Shown here in pieces: positions 1 to 12,659 of a DNA stretch of 64,000 nt. The notes under the pieces were generated by a model. That model did not search any database and had not been told where the DNA came from. It was given only the letters and a program-made list of their open reading frames with translations. This DNA comes from Mobula birostris. Its lineage: Eukaryota. The stretch is taken from assembly GCF_030028105.1 (NCBI RefSeq), contig NC_092399.1, positions 28,168,881-28,232,880 of the forward strand, in the 5' to 3' direction. Position numbers and translations under genes: made by a program. The number at the start of each line of letters is the position of its first letter. The stretch's first letter is position 1.

Positions 1-360
1 TGTGCATTAACCTTCCCAAATCAAAGACTAACTTGATGATCTGTTCTTTCTCCTTCCATAACAAACTAATAGAATTCTGATCACTGGTCCCAAGGTACTC
101 CTGACTGACTTATCGATCACTTGCTCAGTCTAATTTTCAGTGTAGCCCCTTCTCTAGTTAGACCAGCTAAACATTCTTTCAGAAAACTTTCCAGGACATA
201 CTTTATCATCTACTGTTCCACCTATTCCCCTTTCACCATGGCAACCCCGGTCAATATTAGAGAAATTAAAGTCATTTATTATTACAACCCCATTTTTTCT
301 ACACTTACCTGATATTTCCCTACACATTTGCTCCATTAATTCTGCTGACTATTGGGGGAT
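1..360 (-). mobile_element. Degenerate CR1 LINE ORF2 endonuclease fragment
   Basis: ORF 154..336 'VVIINDFNFSNID' resembles the APE endonuclease GDFN.PNIDW motif of CR1 ORF2. Confidence 0.7.
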
Positions 361-364
361 ATGC

Positions 365-995
365 AAATGAAGGAAGGCAAATGCAATGTTAGGATTAATT
401 TCAAGAAGTCTAGAATACAAGAGCAGGAATGTGATGTTGAGGCTTTATGAAGGCTCACCTTGAGTATTGTGAACAGTTTTGGGCTCCTCATCTAAGAAAA
501 GGTGTGCTGGCAATGGAGAGGGTTCAGAGGGGGTTTATTAGGATGATTCTGGGAATGAAAGGGTTATCATACAAGGAATGTTTGATAGCCCTGGGCCTGT
601 ACTCGCTGAAGTTTAGAACGATCGGGGGTGGGGGGGGGGGATCTCATTGAAACCTTTCGAATGTTGAAAGGCCCCCCATTGTGGGGGAGTCTGGGACAAG
701 AGGCACAGCCTCAGGATAGAGGGGTGTCCATTTAAAACAGAGATGCAGAGGGTGGTGAGATGGTGGAATTTATTACCACGGGCAACAGTGGAGGCCAGGT
801 CATTGGGCGAACAGTATTTAAGGCAGAGCTTCATAGGTTCTTGATTGGACATGGCATCAAAGGTCATGGGGAGAAAGCCAAAAAGTGGAGCTGTGGGGGA
901 GAAAAAAGAATCAACCATGATTGAATGGCGGAGCAGACCTGATGAGCTAAATAGCCTAATTCTGCTCCTATGTTTTGTGGTCTTAAGAATATAAT
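365..995 (+). mobile_element. CR1 LINE 3' fragment
   Basis: 'HLEYCEQFWAPHLRK..MERVQR..GLYSL' CR1 ORF2 C-terminus, followed by a CR1-type 3' UTR. Confidence 0.85.
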
Positions 996-1489
996 CCATA
1001 ATGTGATTATCCCTTCGTTACTTCTAAGTTCTAACCAAATGGTCTGAAAGGACGTTCCATTGGGATATCCTCTCTAAGTACTGCCATGCTGTTCTTGCTG
1101 GTTAAGAGTGAAACTCCCTCTTCTCTCGTACCTCCATCTCTCTCACAGTGGAACACAGAGCTGCCACTCCTGCCCACCCTTCAAGCATAAATGCTTGTAG
1201 ATTTACCGTAGGTTTACTTATTAATCACATGCACACTGAACTGTAAATGAAATACGTCATTTCCATTAACATCCCACCCAGTCTGAGGATGTGCTGGGAG
1301 CATCCCCATTTTACTGTGTCCTGTGTTTTTCTACTGATTAGTGAGAGCATGTGATGTTGGCACTGGAATGTGGGGTGGCAATTGCAGGCTGACCACTGCC
1401 CATCCTTAAGTGTGTTGGTTGTTAATACAAGTGGCACGTTTCACTCTATGTTTTGATGTACATGTGATAAATAAATCTGAATCCTAATG

Positions 1490-1795
1490 TTCCATGCCCT
1501 GCCTGCTGATCTTGCTAATTTTAACCTTTATATTTTTCACCACTTTGGGTCCAATCTCTGCCAGACCAGCTTAAACTTTTCCAAGCAGCACTAGTAAATC
1601 TCCCTTCAAAGGTGCTGGTCCCCAATTCATTCTGATGCAGTCCATCCATTTGTACAGGCCACCTCAACCCCTGAGAAGATCCCAATGGGCATAGTAACTG
1701 ATGCCTTCTGATCTGTGCCAGTTCTTCAGCCAAGAGTTTATTTACCCTATCCTCCTCTTCCTACCCTTGCTAGCATAGGGAGTAACCTGAGATTA
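1490..1795 (-). mobile_element. CR1 ORF1 (SGNH esterase-like) remnant
   Basis: 'MDGLHQNELGTSTFEGRF' resembles the DGLHLN.RGTNILAGRF motif of CR1 ORF1. Confidence 0.65.
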
Positions 1796-1919
1796 CATAG
1801 AACATAGAACAGCACAGGCCCTCAGACCCAATATGTTGTGCAGACCTTTCAACCAACTCTAAGGTCAGTCAAACCCTTCCCTCCTATATAGCCCTCCATT
1901 TTACTGTCATTCATCTCTT

Positions 1920-2128
1920 GTTGTTCCTTCCTGCTCCTCGTGGTGCATCGGGTGGCAACCTTGCCGTTCCTTTAGCGTTTTTTTTTGTCTGTTTTTTACG
2001 AGGCCAGGTTACTGGCTCAACACTTGACTCAGCACGGATGGAAAGCATGCCAGGAGCCAGCCGGGTTCGAACCCAGGGTCACTTGCCTCGAAACTCCAGT
2101 GTGAATGGCACTACACCACTGGCTGGCT
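1920..2128 (-). mobile_element. tRNA-derived SINE (related copy at ~61090-61230)
   Basis: Minus strand reads GCCAGTGGTGTAGTG (A box) ... GGTTCGAACCC (B box), then a non-tRNA body; inserted in a CR1 tail. Confidence 0.75.
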
Positions 2129-2229
2129 ATATCATCTATGTCTAAGAGTTTCGTAACTATTCCTACTGTACCTGCCTCTCCCATCTCCACTGGCAGGGCA
2201 TTCCATGCGCCATGCAACTCTCTATGCCC

Positions 2230-2900
2230 TGTCTTTTCCTTTTATGCTGTCTTTGACTTCCCTTGTCAGCCACGGTTGACTTTATCTTGAGCTCCCTCAT
2301 CAAATCTGGTTCATTTCACACTACTCAGTCCAGAATTGCCTTTTCCCTAATGGTCTCAACCACAAGCTGCTCTAAAAAGCCATCTCAAAGACATTCTACA
2401 AATTCTCTCTCTGGGATCTAGCATCAACTTGATTTTCCCAATCTACCTGCATATTGAAATCCCCCTGACCATCACAGCATTGCTCTTTTTACATGCTTTT
2501 TCTATCTCCTCTTGTAACTTGCAACCCACATCCCGGCTATTGTTCAGAGACCTGTATATAACTCCCATCAGGAGATTTTTCCCTTGCAGTTCCTTAACTC
2601 TGACAACAAGGATTCTATACCTTCTGATCCTATATCACCTCTTTCTAAAGATTTGACTTCATCTTTTACTAACAGAGCCACCTAACCCTCTCTGCCTTTC
2701 AACGCAATGTTTATCCTTGGACGTTAAGCTTATGATCTTCTTTCAGAGAAGCCCACAACATCACACCTGCCAATTTCTAACTGCGCTGCAAGATCACCTA
2801 TCTTATTCTGTATTCTGCACAATACTCTAACACTTTCAGTCCTTAATTCATCACCCGTTTTGATTTTGGCCCCCGTTACACTTTAACTCATCCCACTGCA
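2230..2900 (-). mobile_element. Degenerate CR1 ORF2 N-terminal (endonuclease) fragment
   Basis: TTGAAATCCCCC is the reverse complement of a GDFN-encoding stretch; similar to the CR1 piece at 20222-20490. Confidence 0.7.
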
Positions 2901-2949
2901 ATGTCGCCCTAGAAACAGAAGCAAGTTGGTTGTACAGCAATGGTTGCAT

Positions 2950-4810
2950 CACTGGCATGTGACGTGAAATTTGTCAACTTAGCAGCAGCAGTTCAATGCA
3001 ATACATAATCTAGCAAAGGAAAAAAAATAAGTAAATCAATTACAGTATATATATAATGAATAGATTAAAAATGTGCAAAAATCAGAAATACTGTGTATTA
3101 AAAAAAGGTGCAGTCGTATCCTAGGGTTCAATGTCTATTTAGGAACTGGATGGCAGAGGGGAAGAAGCTGTTCCTGAATATCTGAGTGTGTGCCTTCAGG
3201 CTTCTGTACCTCCTGCCTGATGGTAACATTGAGAAAAGGGCATGCCCTGGGTGCTGAAGGTCCTCAATAACGGATGCTGCTTTTCTGAGACACGGCTCCC
3301 TGAAGATGTCCTGGACACTTTGTAGGCTAGTGCCCAAGATGGAGCTGACTAGATTTACAACCCTCTGCAGCTTCTTTTGGTCCTGTGCAGTAGCCCCTCC
3401 ATACCAGACAGTGATGCAGCCTGTCAGAATGCTCTCCACGGTACATCTATAGAAGTTTTTGAGTGTATTTGTTGACGTACCAAATCTCTTCAAACTCCTA
3501 ATGAAGTATAGCTGCTGCCTTGCCTTCTTTATAACTACATCGATATGTTGGGACCAAGTTAGATCCTCTAAGATCTTAACACCCACGAATTTGAAACTGC
3601 TCACTCTCTCCACTTCTGATCCCTCTTTGAGAATTGGTATGTGTTCCTTTGTCTTACCCTTCCTGAAGTCCACAATCAGCTCTTTCGTCTTACTGATGTT
3701 GAATGGTTGTTGCTGTGGAACCACTCCACTAGTTGGCATACCTCACTCCTGTAGGCCCTCTCGTCACCACCTGTGATTCTACCAGCAATGGTTGTATTGT
3801 CAGCAAATTTATAGATCGTATTTGAGCTGTGCCTAGCCACAAAGTCATGTGTATATAGAGAGTAGAGCAGTGGAATAAGCACATGCTTCTGAGGTGCACC
3901 AGCGCTGATCGTTAGCGAGGAGGATATGTTATCACCAATCCGCACACATTAAGGTCTTCTGGTTAGGAAGTCGAGGATCCAATTGCAGAGGGAGGTACAG
4001 AGGCCCAGGTTCTGCAACCTCTCAATCAGGATTGTGGGAATGATGGTATTAAATGCTGAGCTCTAGTCGATGAACAGCTTCCTAACGTAGGTGTTTGTGT
4101 TGTCCAGGTGGTCTAAAGCCGTGGGGAGAGCCACTGAGATTGCATCTGCTGTTGACCTATTGTGGCGATAGGCAAATTGCAATGGGTCCAGGTCCTTGCT
4201 GAGGCAGGAGTTCAGTCTGGTCATGACCAACCTCTCAAAGCATTTCATCACTGTAGATGTGAGTGCTACCAGGGGATAGTCATTTAGGAAGCTCACATTA
4301 TTCTTCTTAGGCACTGGTATAAATGTTGCCTTCTTGGAGCAACTGGGAACTTCCGCCCGTAGCAGTGAGAGGTTGGAAGCATCCTTGAATACTCCCGCTA
4401 GTTGGTTAGCACAGGTTTTCAGAGCCTTACCAGGTACTCAATCTGGACCTTCCACTTTGTGAGGGTTCACTCTGTTTAAAGACAGTCTAACATCGGCTTC
4501 TGAGACAGAGATCACAGGGTCATCCGGTGCAGCAGGGATCCTCACAGCTGTAGTTGTGTTCTCCCTTTCAAAGCGGGCATAGAAGACGTTGAGTTCATCT
4601 GGTAGTAAAGCATCGCTGCCATTCATGACGTTGGGTTTTGCTTTGTAGGAGATAATGTCCCGCAAACCCAGCCAGAATTGCCATGCATCCAATGTTGCTC
4701 CAACCTCATTTTAAAATTGTCTCTTCGCCCTTGAAATAGTCCTCTGCAAATCATACCTGGTTTTCTGGTACAGGCCTGGGTCGCCAGACATGAATTCCAC
4801 AGAATCTGCC
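2950..4810 (-). mobile_element. Rex1/Babar-clade LINE, 5'-truncated, frameshifted RT
   Basis: ORFs 4438..4692, 4063..4314 (LDPLQFAYRHNRSTADAI), 3676..3945 (KFADNT), 3128..3739 (KTKELIVDFRK; HPGHALFSMLPSGRRYRS; FRNSFFPSAI). Confidence 0.9.
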
Positions 4811-4829
4811 TGTCCTTCCTTACTGTCTC

Positions 4830-5640
4830 ACTCCACACTGCATCTACTTGTATACCAACTGCCCCATCCTCAGACCTATTACCCTGGTTCCCATCCCTAT
4901 GCCAAATTAGTTTAAACCATCCCCCACAGCTCTAGCAAACCTGCCCAAAAGAATATTGGTCTCCATTGGGTTCAGGTGTAATCCATCTTTTTGTGCAGGC
5001 CATACCTTCCTAAAAGAAATCCCAACGATCCACAAATATGAAACCCTGTCCACTGCACCAATGTTTCAGTCATGCTTTCATCTGTCAAATCATCCTATCC
5101 TTCCCTCACTGGCATGTGGCACAGGGCACAATCCAGAAATTACTACCTTGGAGATCCTGCCTTTCAGCTTTCTGCCTAACCTTCTTCAGGACATCCTCCC
5201 TTTTCCTAACTACGTTGTTGATACCAATACATACCATGACTTCCGGCTGTTCACCCTCCTCCTTCAGAATTCCGTGGACCTGATCCGCGACATTCCTGAC
5301 CCTGGCACTTGGGAGGCAACATACCATCCAGGTCACTTTCCCATCCGCAGAATTTGCTTTCTGCTCCTCTAGCTATGGAATCCCGTATCACTACTGCACT
5401 CGTCTTCTCCCTTCTTCCCTTCTGAGCCACACAGCCACACTTAGCGTCAGACACCTGGTTCCCTGGCCTTTCTTTGGTAGGTCGTCCCTCCAACAGTATC
5501 CAAAGCGGAGTAGTTATTCTTGAGGGGAGTGGCCACAGGAGTGCTCTGCACTTGCCGTCTGTTCACTTTCCCTCTCCAGACAGTCACCCAGGGGTGACTA
5601 CCTCCCTGTAGTTCTTATCTATCATTTCCTCATTTACCTG
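4830..5640 (-). mobile_element. CR1 ORF1 (GDSL/SGNH esterase) remnant
   Basis: 'AVVIRDSIARG' and 'CCLPSARVRNVADQVHGILKEEGEQPEVMVCIGINN' match the GDS..VRG / CLPGARV / HIGTND motifs. Confidence 0.8.
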
Positions 5641-6209
5641 CATGAATAGTGTACTCATGAGAGAGGAGATTAGACAGAGGGACTCTAGTACTATCTGCCT
5701 TCTGCTCCAAATGACCACCCAGCTGTCTGGCATTGCTTCTGTTGTATCCACTTCCCTGAAATTCCAACCATTGCACTTTTAACTTCCAGTATCCTCCTTA
5801 CTGAGTCTAATTGTATAGAGTTTAGAAGAATGAGGTGATATCATACAAAATTCATCATAAATAATAATAATAGTAATAATCATCATCATCATCATCGTAA
5901 AAACTTTATTGATCCCGAGAGGGAAATTCTTCACACTTAGCGGTGTGCAGACTTAACTAATAATGAAGTACAGAATAATAATATACACAATAATAATTCA
6001 CAATAATCTGCAATAATGTGCAATAATAATGTACGAAATAACAAAACAGAGACTGTACTATGATGTGTGTTCTCCTGTCGCACAGAGACGAACTGTACAC
6101 GCTTAACAAGCTGACTACAGTCAAGCTGTTTCTCTTGACTGAAGAGTCTCCAACAAGAGGACACAAGTCTCAGAATATCAGTTCAGACTCAAGTGAGAAG
6201 ATTGTTAGA

Positions 6210-7367
6210 AATAACTTGGATGAGGAAGTAGAAGTGTGGATTAGTAGGCTTGCAGTTTGCAGATGACATGAAGGTTGGTGGAGTTGTTGATAGCTTGGAG
6301 GGTTATTATAGGTTGCCATGGGACATTGACAGGGTGCAGAGCTGCACTGAGATGTGTCAGATGGTGTTTAAGCCAGAAAAGTGTGAAGTGGTTCACTTTG
6401 GAGGCAGAATACAGGCTTATTGATAGGATTCTTAGCAGTGTGTAGGGACATGGGAGTCCACATAGTCAAAGTTGCCGCACAATTGGATATGGTTGTTAAG
6501 AAAATGTATGGCGTGTTGGTTTTTATTAGTCATGCAAATTGAGTTCAATAACCACAAGGTAATGTTGCAGCTTTATTAAACACTGGTTAGACCTCACTTG
6601 GAATACTATACTCAATCTGGTCACCTCATTACAAGGAGAATGTGGAAGCTTTAGAGAGTGTGCAGAGGAGATTTACCAAGATACTGCCTGGTCTAGAGGG
6701 CATGTTTTATGAGGATAGGTTGAGCGAGCCAGGGCTTTTTTCTTTGGAGTGAGGGAGGATGAGAAGTGACTGGAGTCAGGTGTACAAGATGATAAGTTTT
6801 TTACACAGAGAGTGGTGAGTGCGTGGAATGGGCTACCGGCAGCAGTGGTGGAGGCAGAAAGGACAGGGTCTTTTAAGACACTCCTGTATAGGTACAAGGA
6901 GCTTAGAAAAATAGAGGGCTATGGGTAAGCCTTGGTAATTTCTAAGGTAAGGACATGTTCGGCACAGCTTTGTGGGCCGAAGGGCCTGTATTGTGCTGTA
7001 GGTCTTCTGTGTTCTATGTTCTATAAGAGGCATAGATTGAATGGATAGCTAGAGACTTTTTCTCAGGACAGAAATAGCGAATATGAGGGGGTATAATTTT
7101 AAAGTGATTGGAAGAAAGTATAGGAGCATTGCAGAGGTAAGATTTTTTTCACACGCACAGTAGTGAGTAGATGGAACACCATGCCTGAGGTGGTGGTAGA
7201 GGCAGATTAGCGGAATTTAAGAAACTCTTTGTTGGAGACATAGAAATATACAAAATGGAAGGTTACGCAGGATGAATGGGTTAGATTAATCTTAGACTAG
7301 GTTAAAAGATTGGCACAACATTGTGGGCCGAAGGGCCTGTACTGTGTTGTAATGTCCTACGTTCTAA
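6210..7367 (+). mobile_element. Degenerate CR1 RT-to-3' end with a nested second CR1 3' fragment (~6795-7025)
   Basis: TTTGCAGATGAC (FADD); colinear with the young CR1 at 17.8-19.3 kb; two CR1 tails. Confidence 0.8.
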
Positions 7368-8484
7368 ATCCTTTCACTTAGAGGACCCCCAGGATGCTCA
7401 GAGATTGAAAGGCATTGGACATTTCGACTCTGAAATGATTTAGAGACAGCCCTGAAAAATATCACTGAGGAAGTAACAGAACAGTCAGAAGGCTGAGTGA
7501 CCTGCCTCTGCTTTTTCTTAGATAAAGCACTGACAAGTCATGGACTGCAAGACTGGGATGTAACCTATGCCGCAATAATGCTGAAAAATAGCAGGCAAAG
7601 ACCATCAAAATCCAAAGCAATATATTTAAAAGTCTATCAGTAAGTTAAATAATAGATCACTGTGGGTTATAACTGCTTGTTATCCATTGGAGATGCATCA
7701 GAAATGTTTGAATATTATGGGAAGTCTTCATCAGTAACAATTTATGAATATGCTTTGTCATTAAAATCAATATTACTCCCCATCACTCACGGTAATGAGG
7801 ACGGCTTGTCTCAATGATGTTTATTAGTTGTGAATCTGTGAATCAGTGTAATGTTGGCAAACACTTTTGGCATCTAAAATTATCAAAATTGCAGCTTCTC
7901 AGTCTGCACAGCGAATTTTGCAGTGAAAACAGTCGCATCCTGTTAACTAATTCCTCTTCATTAGAAAGGCAGTGAAAATTATGTTAGTGATATATTATCT
8001 CACAACAAACACTCATTTATCCCTCAAGAGCCCTGAACTCTAACACAAACCCTTCTTGTTGTTGCCTCTTAACCACATTTAATTCAAGAAGAAAGCTTGC
8101 ACAACTGACCCTTGCCTGAACAGCCAGTCCTTTTAGTCACAGCCCTTTATGTCTTTATTTTGTCAATAGTGATAGAGAAATACTCTGACAATTTGAGACA
8201 CTCAGGATTTTGGTGGTGCCAGACAAACCCTATTTTCTGAACTGTTAGATGCTATACCTCTCCCACATATATCAATTCACTTTAAAAAATGTGATTGAAG
8301 TATTATTACATATTTCCCAGTGAACTGTATGAGTTTACAGGGACTGTGGGAAACAGTATCTTGTTCACTTAAGGGACAGCACATAATCAAGGTCGTGGTG
8401 GGCCAGATGAAGTTTGGGATCTGTAGATCCAAAGAGATGGAAGGGAGCATGGCAAGCATTAATTATCGATGAACCACAGAAAGC

Positions 8485-8908
8485 ATTCTATCTGGATGCA
8501 TAACAGCTAGGTATGGTAACTGTTCTGCAAGTGACCACAAGGAACTGCAGGGAGATGTGCACACAGCTCGGCACGTCACAGAAACCCAGCTCCCCTCTGT
8601 GGACTCTGTCTACACTTCTCGCTGCCTCAGTGAAGCAGCCGGCATAGTCAAAGACCCCACCCACCCCAGCCAATCTCTCCTCTCCCCCCTCCCATCGGGC
8701 AGAAGATACAAAAGCCTGAAAGCACGTACGACCAACCTCAAGAACAGCTTCTATCCCACTGTTATACCGTCCTAGGACGGACCTCTTGTAAAATAAGATG
8801 GACTCTTAACCTCACAATCTACCTGACTATGATCCAGCTCTGTACTGCTTACCTGCACTACATGTTCTCTGTGGATGCACTGTTGCTATTTTACCTCAAT
8901 GCACTGTG
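8485..8908 (+). mobile_element. Rex1/Babar LINE 3' fragment (tail resumes ~9520-9597)
   Basis: ORF 8557..8775 'KDPTHP..PLPSGRRYKSLKARTTNLKNSFYP'. Confidence 0.8.
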
Positions 8909-9520
8909 CTGCTAACACAATCTGCTGCTAATGGCCAGGGCCTGGGAGATGAGGGTCGATGTGGGAAGGAGGTTGCAGTTCCCGGATGTGGTGCACACAA
9001 CCCTACGCCCGGACATTGTACTGTGGTCAACGGAAGACAAGAAAACAATTCTGGTTGGGCTGACTGTGCCGTGGGAGGAGGGATGGGAAGAGGCCCACGA
9101 GAGAAAGACCTTGAAGTACCAGCCCTTAGTGCAGGAGTGTAAAGACAAGGGATGGCAGGCATGGTTGTTCCCTGTGGAGATCGGCTGCAGAGATTTCCCA
9201 GCCAAATCAGCATGGCGGTTGTTGTCAGATCTGAACCTGGACAAAAGGAGCGAAAAACAAGCAGCTTGTAGGATGGGGGAAGAGGCAGAACGAGCCTCTT
9301 GTTGGATTTGGAGTAGGCGAGAGGAGGGAAGCTGGAAGCCAGGAGCAGATGGGCAGTGATTTGGCCATCACTGCCAGCCCACCAACTGGAGAGTGACATG
9401 GTTGAAGGTCGAAACACTCGGTGAAGGTTGGGAACCACCTGATGACATCTGCTCCTGGCTGAAGGCTGCGGTTACCTTATAAGGTAACTGGAGAAGGCAC
9501 CCTAACAGGTGTATGTAACA
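8909..9520 (+). mobile_element. RLE-type (R2-group, HERO-like) non-LTR retrotransposon 3' end
   Basis: ORF 8931..9359 with RPDIVL...LTVPWEE..AHERKTLKY...ECKDKGW....VEIGCR, a PD-(D/E)xK restriction-like endonuclease. Confidence 0.8.
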
Positions 9521-9879
9521 AGTAATGACTTGACCTGCAAGACAAGCTTTTCACTGTACCTAGTGCATGTGATAATAACAAACGAATTCCAATAAACAGC
9601 AAGTCAGATGCCAAACCATCAGGAATTCCAAAGATTGGGATAGCAGTTTATCACAGTTTCATTATAGTACATTGTATACACAACAGTAAAGAATCCAAAG
9701 CAAGAAATTTGACTCATTTGGACTCTGCAAGTGTCTATAGGTCACACCGTATAAATCACATTATCTGACACTATCATAATACCCTTCTATTCCTTCCTTG
9801 TCAACTCATGGATGGGAAGCCTAGTGTGACTATTAGATCTCTGGAACCGTGAGACAAGTTTGAGTTCCGTTTTGGTTAC

Positions 9880-10061
9880 AAACCAGAGAAAATCTGCAGA
9901 TGCTGGGAATCCAAGCAACACACACAAAATGCTGGAACAACTCAGCAGGCCAGGCAGCATCTATGGAAAAGAGTACAGTTGATGTTTCAGCCCAAAACGT
10001 TGACTGTACTCTTTTCCCAGACACTGCCTTGCCTGCTGAGTTCCTCCAGCATTTTACGTGC
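9880..10061. mobile_element. Palindromic Penelope pLTR-derived insert
   Basis: Inverted arms centred at ~9990; flanking direct repeats TTCCGTTTTGGTTAC (9865-9879) / TTCAGTTTTGGTTGC (10062-10076). Confidence 0.75.
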
Positions 10062-11066
10062 TTCAGTTTTGGTTGCTGTGTTCTGGAGACCTCCTTGCAA
10101 CCCCTGTCGGCTTCTTCCAGCTGCTCCACAGCACAAAGGTATGTGAGCATGTTAATCGGTCGCTGTTAATTCCTACTTAGTGGAGGCAATTGACTAAATG
10201 GTCAATAGGGATTGGATGGACATCAGAGGCAAGATAGTCGATGGGAACTAGATGGGCGTTGGAGAGAGAAAAAGTTGCAGGAGTGCAGGGAAAGTAAGGA
10301 GAGAAGAAACTGGACTGATGTTATTGCTCACACGTGAACACATTCCACGCGACAGCAGGTGCTTGTACCACATTCCCTGAAAGGAAACACCATTCATTTC
10401 ACGCTTTTCATACTGATCAGCCAGCCCCAAAATGTTACCACGAGTAAGGAAGTTCCTTCTGAATTTCATACGAGATTATGATATATATTAGGTGGAGGCA
10501 GATAATTTAGGGATATTTAAGAAAGGCTTAGGTAGGCATATGGATGATGGGCACAAAGAAAAATGGAGGATTATGTAGGAGGGAAGCATTAGATTGATTT
10601 TAGAGTGGTTTAAAAGGTCATAGGCCACACTGTGCTGTAATGTTCTATGTTCTGTATAGGATACCCACTTTAAGTACCATGTGCGACACCCTCTTCATAG
10701 AGTAATTTCAAGGTTGTTTCTCGAAGTTTCCCCACCAGGGAAAAATACTTCTGTTGTTAGTTTAATCAAATACCTGTACAACTTTCTCTGTATCTGCTTT
10801 TCTACTCTGTCCCACTTGAGACAAATTGCAAAGAGTTCTTTGTATTTTTCAACAGTGTTAATTAATTTGGGGTTTCAGTAACTGGAGCTCTTTTCATCTA
10901 GAGAATCACAGAATGGTCATTGCAGGCAAAGAGGTGATTTGACCTACTGTCCATGGAAGCACAATAAAGGAGCAATCCCACTAGTCCCACACCCCTGCAC
11001 CCACCTCCCAGGCTTTATTTACTTCATCATGCAATTTATTGTTTTGTGGCAGTAGTACAGTAGAAT

Positions 11067-11697
11067 GGTGTCAAAATGGTTGTTGTGACACATTCTAGTG
11101 CGGTAGTGTAGTGGGTAGTGCTTGTCGCTCTCACGTTCAGCTTCCACCTCCGGCTAGCAGTGTTACGTGAAGTAGAGCTGAATGCGTAAGTCTCTCCCTG
11201 CCAGTACGTAGCCTCTCCAACAGCATTTAGCGCCTCCTTGCGGGCAACACACAGAACTGAACCCCTTTCAGATTCAGGCTGAACTACAGAGGATGAGGAG
11301 GAGGTCTGGCCCCTGCACACGAAGCACACAGGCCCACCGGTGTGTGGACATGTCCTGGTGCTCATGAACCAGATCCCCAGCTATGGGTAAATAGCCCCAC
11401 TGCCTTGTGGGCAGCCTCAGGAGCGACAGAGGTTATGGGAGTAAACCCAGACAGCAAATCCGCAGTGGAGCCCCTGATGCAGCTGGATGTCATTTTACAT
11501 CCTTCTGGCAGCTCCTGCAGCCAGGCTGATACCAAACGTATTGCTTCATAAGCTTTCCGTTGGATGACACTGTTGAGGCTGAGAGCGGGATCTTGATGAC
11601 TGGGCATCTCAGGACCTCTGTACCTTCTGCCCAGGCTTGTGATGATGATCATCACCCATTGACCTTCGAGACAGACGGATGCCAGCCACCAGCCACC
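11067..11697 (+). mobile_element. ~630-bp non-autonomous retroposon with tRNA-like head and RTE-like tail
   Basis: Exact 10-bp TSD ACAGTAGAAT (11057-11066 / 11698-11707); A-box-like TAGTGTAGTGG; 3' end GAGACAGACGGATGCCAGCCACCAGCCACC. Confidence 0.65.
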
Positions 11698-11724
11698 ACA
11701 GTAGAATACATAACAATAGAAAAA

Positions 11725-12645
11725 TTCCTGGATAGCGGGGTAGATACATCTCTACCAAAGGAGGTGTAAGGCACTCCTTCCCTCCACAAGCCTGCAGATC
11801 ACCCTTGGGCAAGGTATAGCACCTGCTTAGCCCCCCAGCCCTGATCAGGGTAACGTGAAGCCATGGAAGGCAGGTGTTGGGTGGTGATATGAGCTGCTGG
11901 TGCATATCACAAGCTCTGGTCATGCGACCACTGACACCAGGCAGACAATCTCTGAAGAGTATTAATAATGGTACATCACAACCTGGTATGGAAGTTGTCC
12001 TGCCCAAGACCGGAAGAAGCTGCAGAAGATCGTGAACACAGCCCAGCACATCACACAAACCAATCTTCCATTCTTGGATTCACTTTACACCGCACGCTGT
12101 CGGAGCAGTGCTACCAGGATAATCAAGGACACGACCCACCCAGCCAACACACTTCTCGTTCCTCTTCCCGCCGGGAGAAGTCTCAGGAGCTTGAAGACTC
12201 GTACGGCCAGATTTGGGAACAGCTTCTTTCCAACTGTGATAAGACTGCTGAACGGATCCTGACCCGGATCTGGGCCGTACCCTCCAAGTATCCGGACCTG
12301 CCTCTCGGTTTGTTTTTGCACTACCTTACTTTCCATTTTTCTATTTTCTATTTATGATTTATAATTTAAATTTTTAATATTTACTAATTTTAACTATTTT
12401 TAATATTTAATATTTGTAATCCAGGGAGCGGGAAGCACAGAATCAAATATCGCTGTGATGATTGTACGTTCCAGTACCAATTGTTTGGCGACAATAAAGT
12501 ATAAAGTATGAAGTATGGCTAGGGTTACCCATCTTGTAAAGACACTGCCCAGAAAAAATTGCTCTGTAGAAAAATTTGCCAAGAACAATCATGGCCATGG
12601 AAAGATGATGATTGCTCATGACTTATGACATGGTACATAATAACT
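11725..12645 (+). mobile_element. RTE-related non-autonomous element (family A), split by a Rex1 insertion
   Basis: Same sequence at 14980-16368 (-) and 43555-43920 (+), where the two halves are contiguous. Confidence 0.7.
11972..12514 (+). mobile_element. Rex1/Babar LINE 3' fragment
   Basis: ORF 12032..12262 'IIKDTTHPANTLLVPLPAGRSLRS..RFGNSFFPTVIRLLN'; tail AATAAAGTATAAAGTAT. Confidence 0.85.
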
Positions 12646-12659
12646 TAATGAAAAAATTA

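Noticed and set aside
1920-2128. Functional tRNA gene
   Set aside because: A/B boxes run into a SINE body that recurs at 61.1 kb
8896-9438. 180-aa minus-strand ORF (and similar long ORFs within the 680-bp family)
   Set aside because: Antisense or GC-rich shadows of TEs; frames are not conserved between copies
9405-9450. GAAAC...CTGATGA in the 3' UTR of the HERO-like element as a hammerhead
   Set aside because: Stems II and III cannot be formed
10774-10897. Protein-like minus-strand stretch (INTVEKYKELFAICLKWDRVEKQ) with a good donor
   Set aside because: All frames from the available acceptors contain stops
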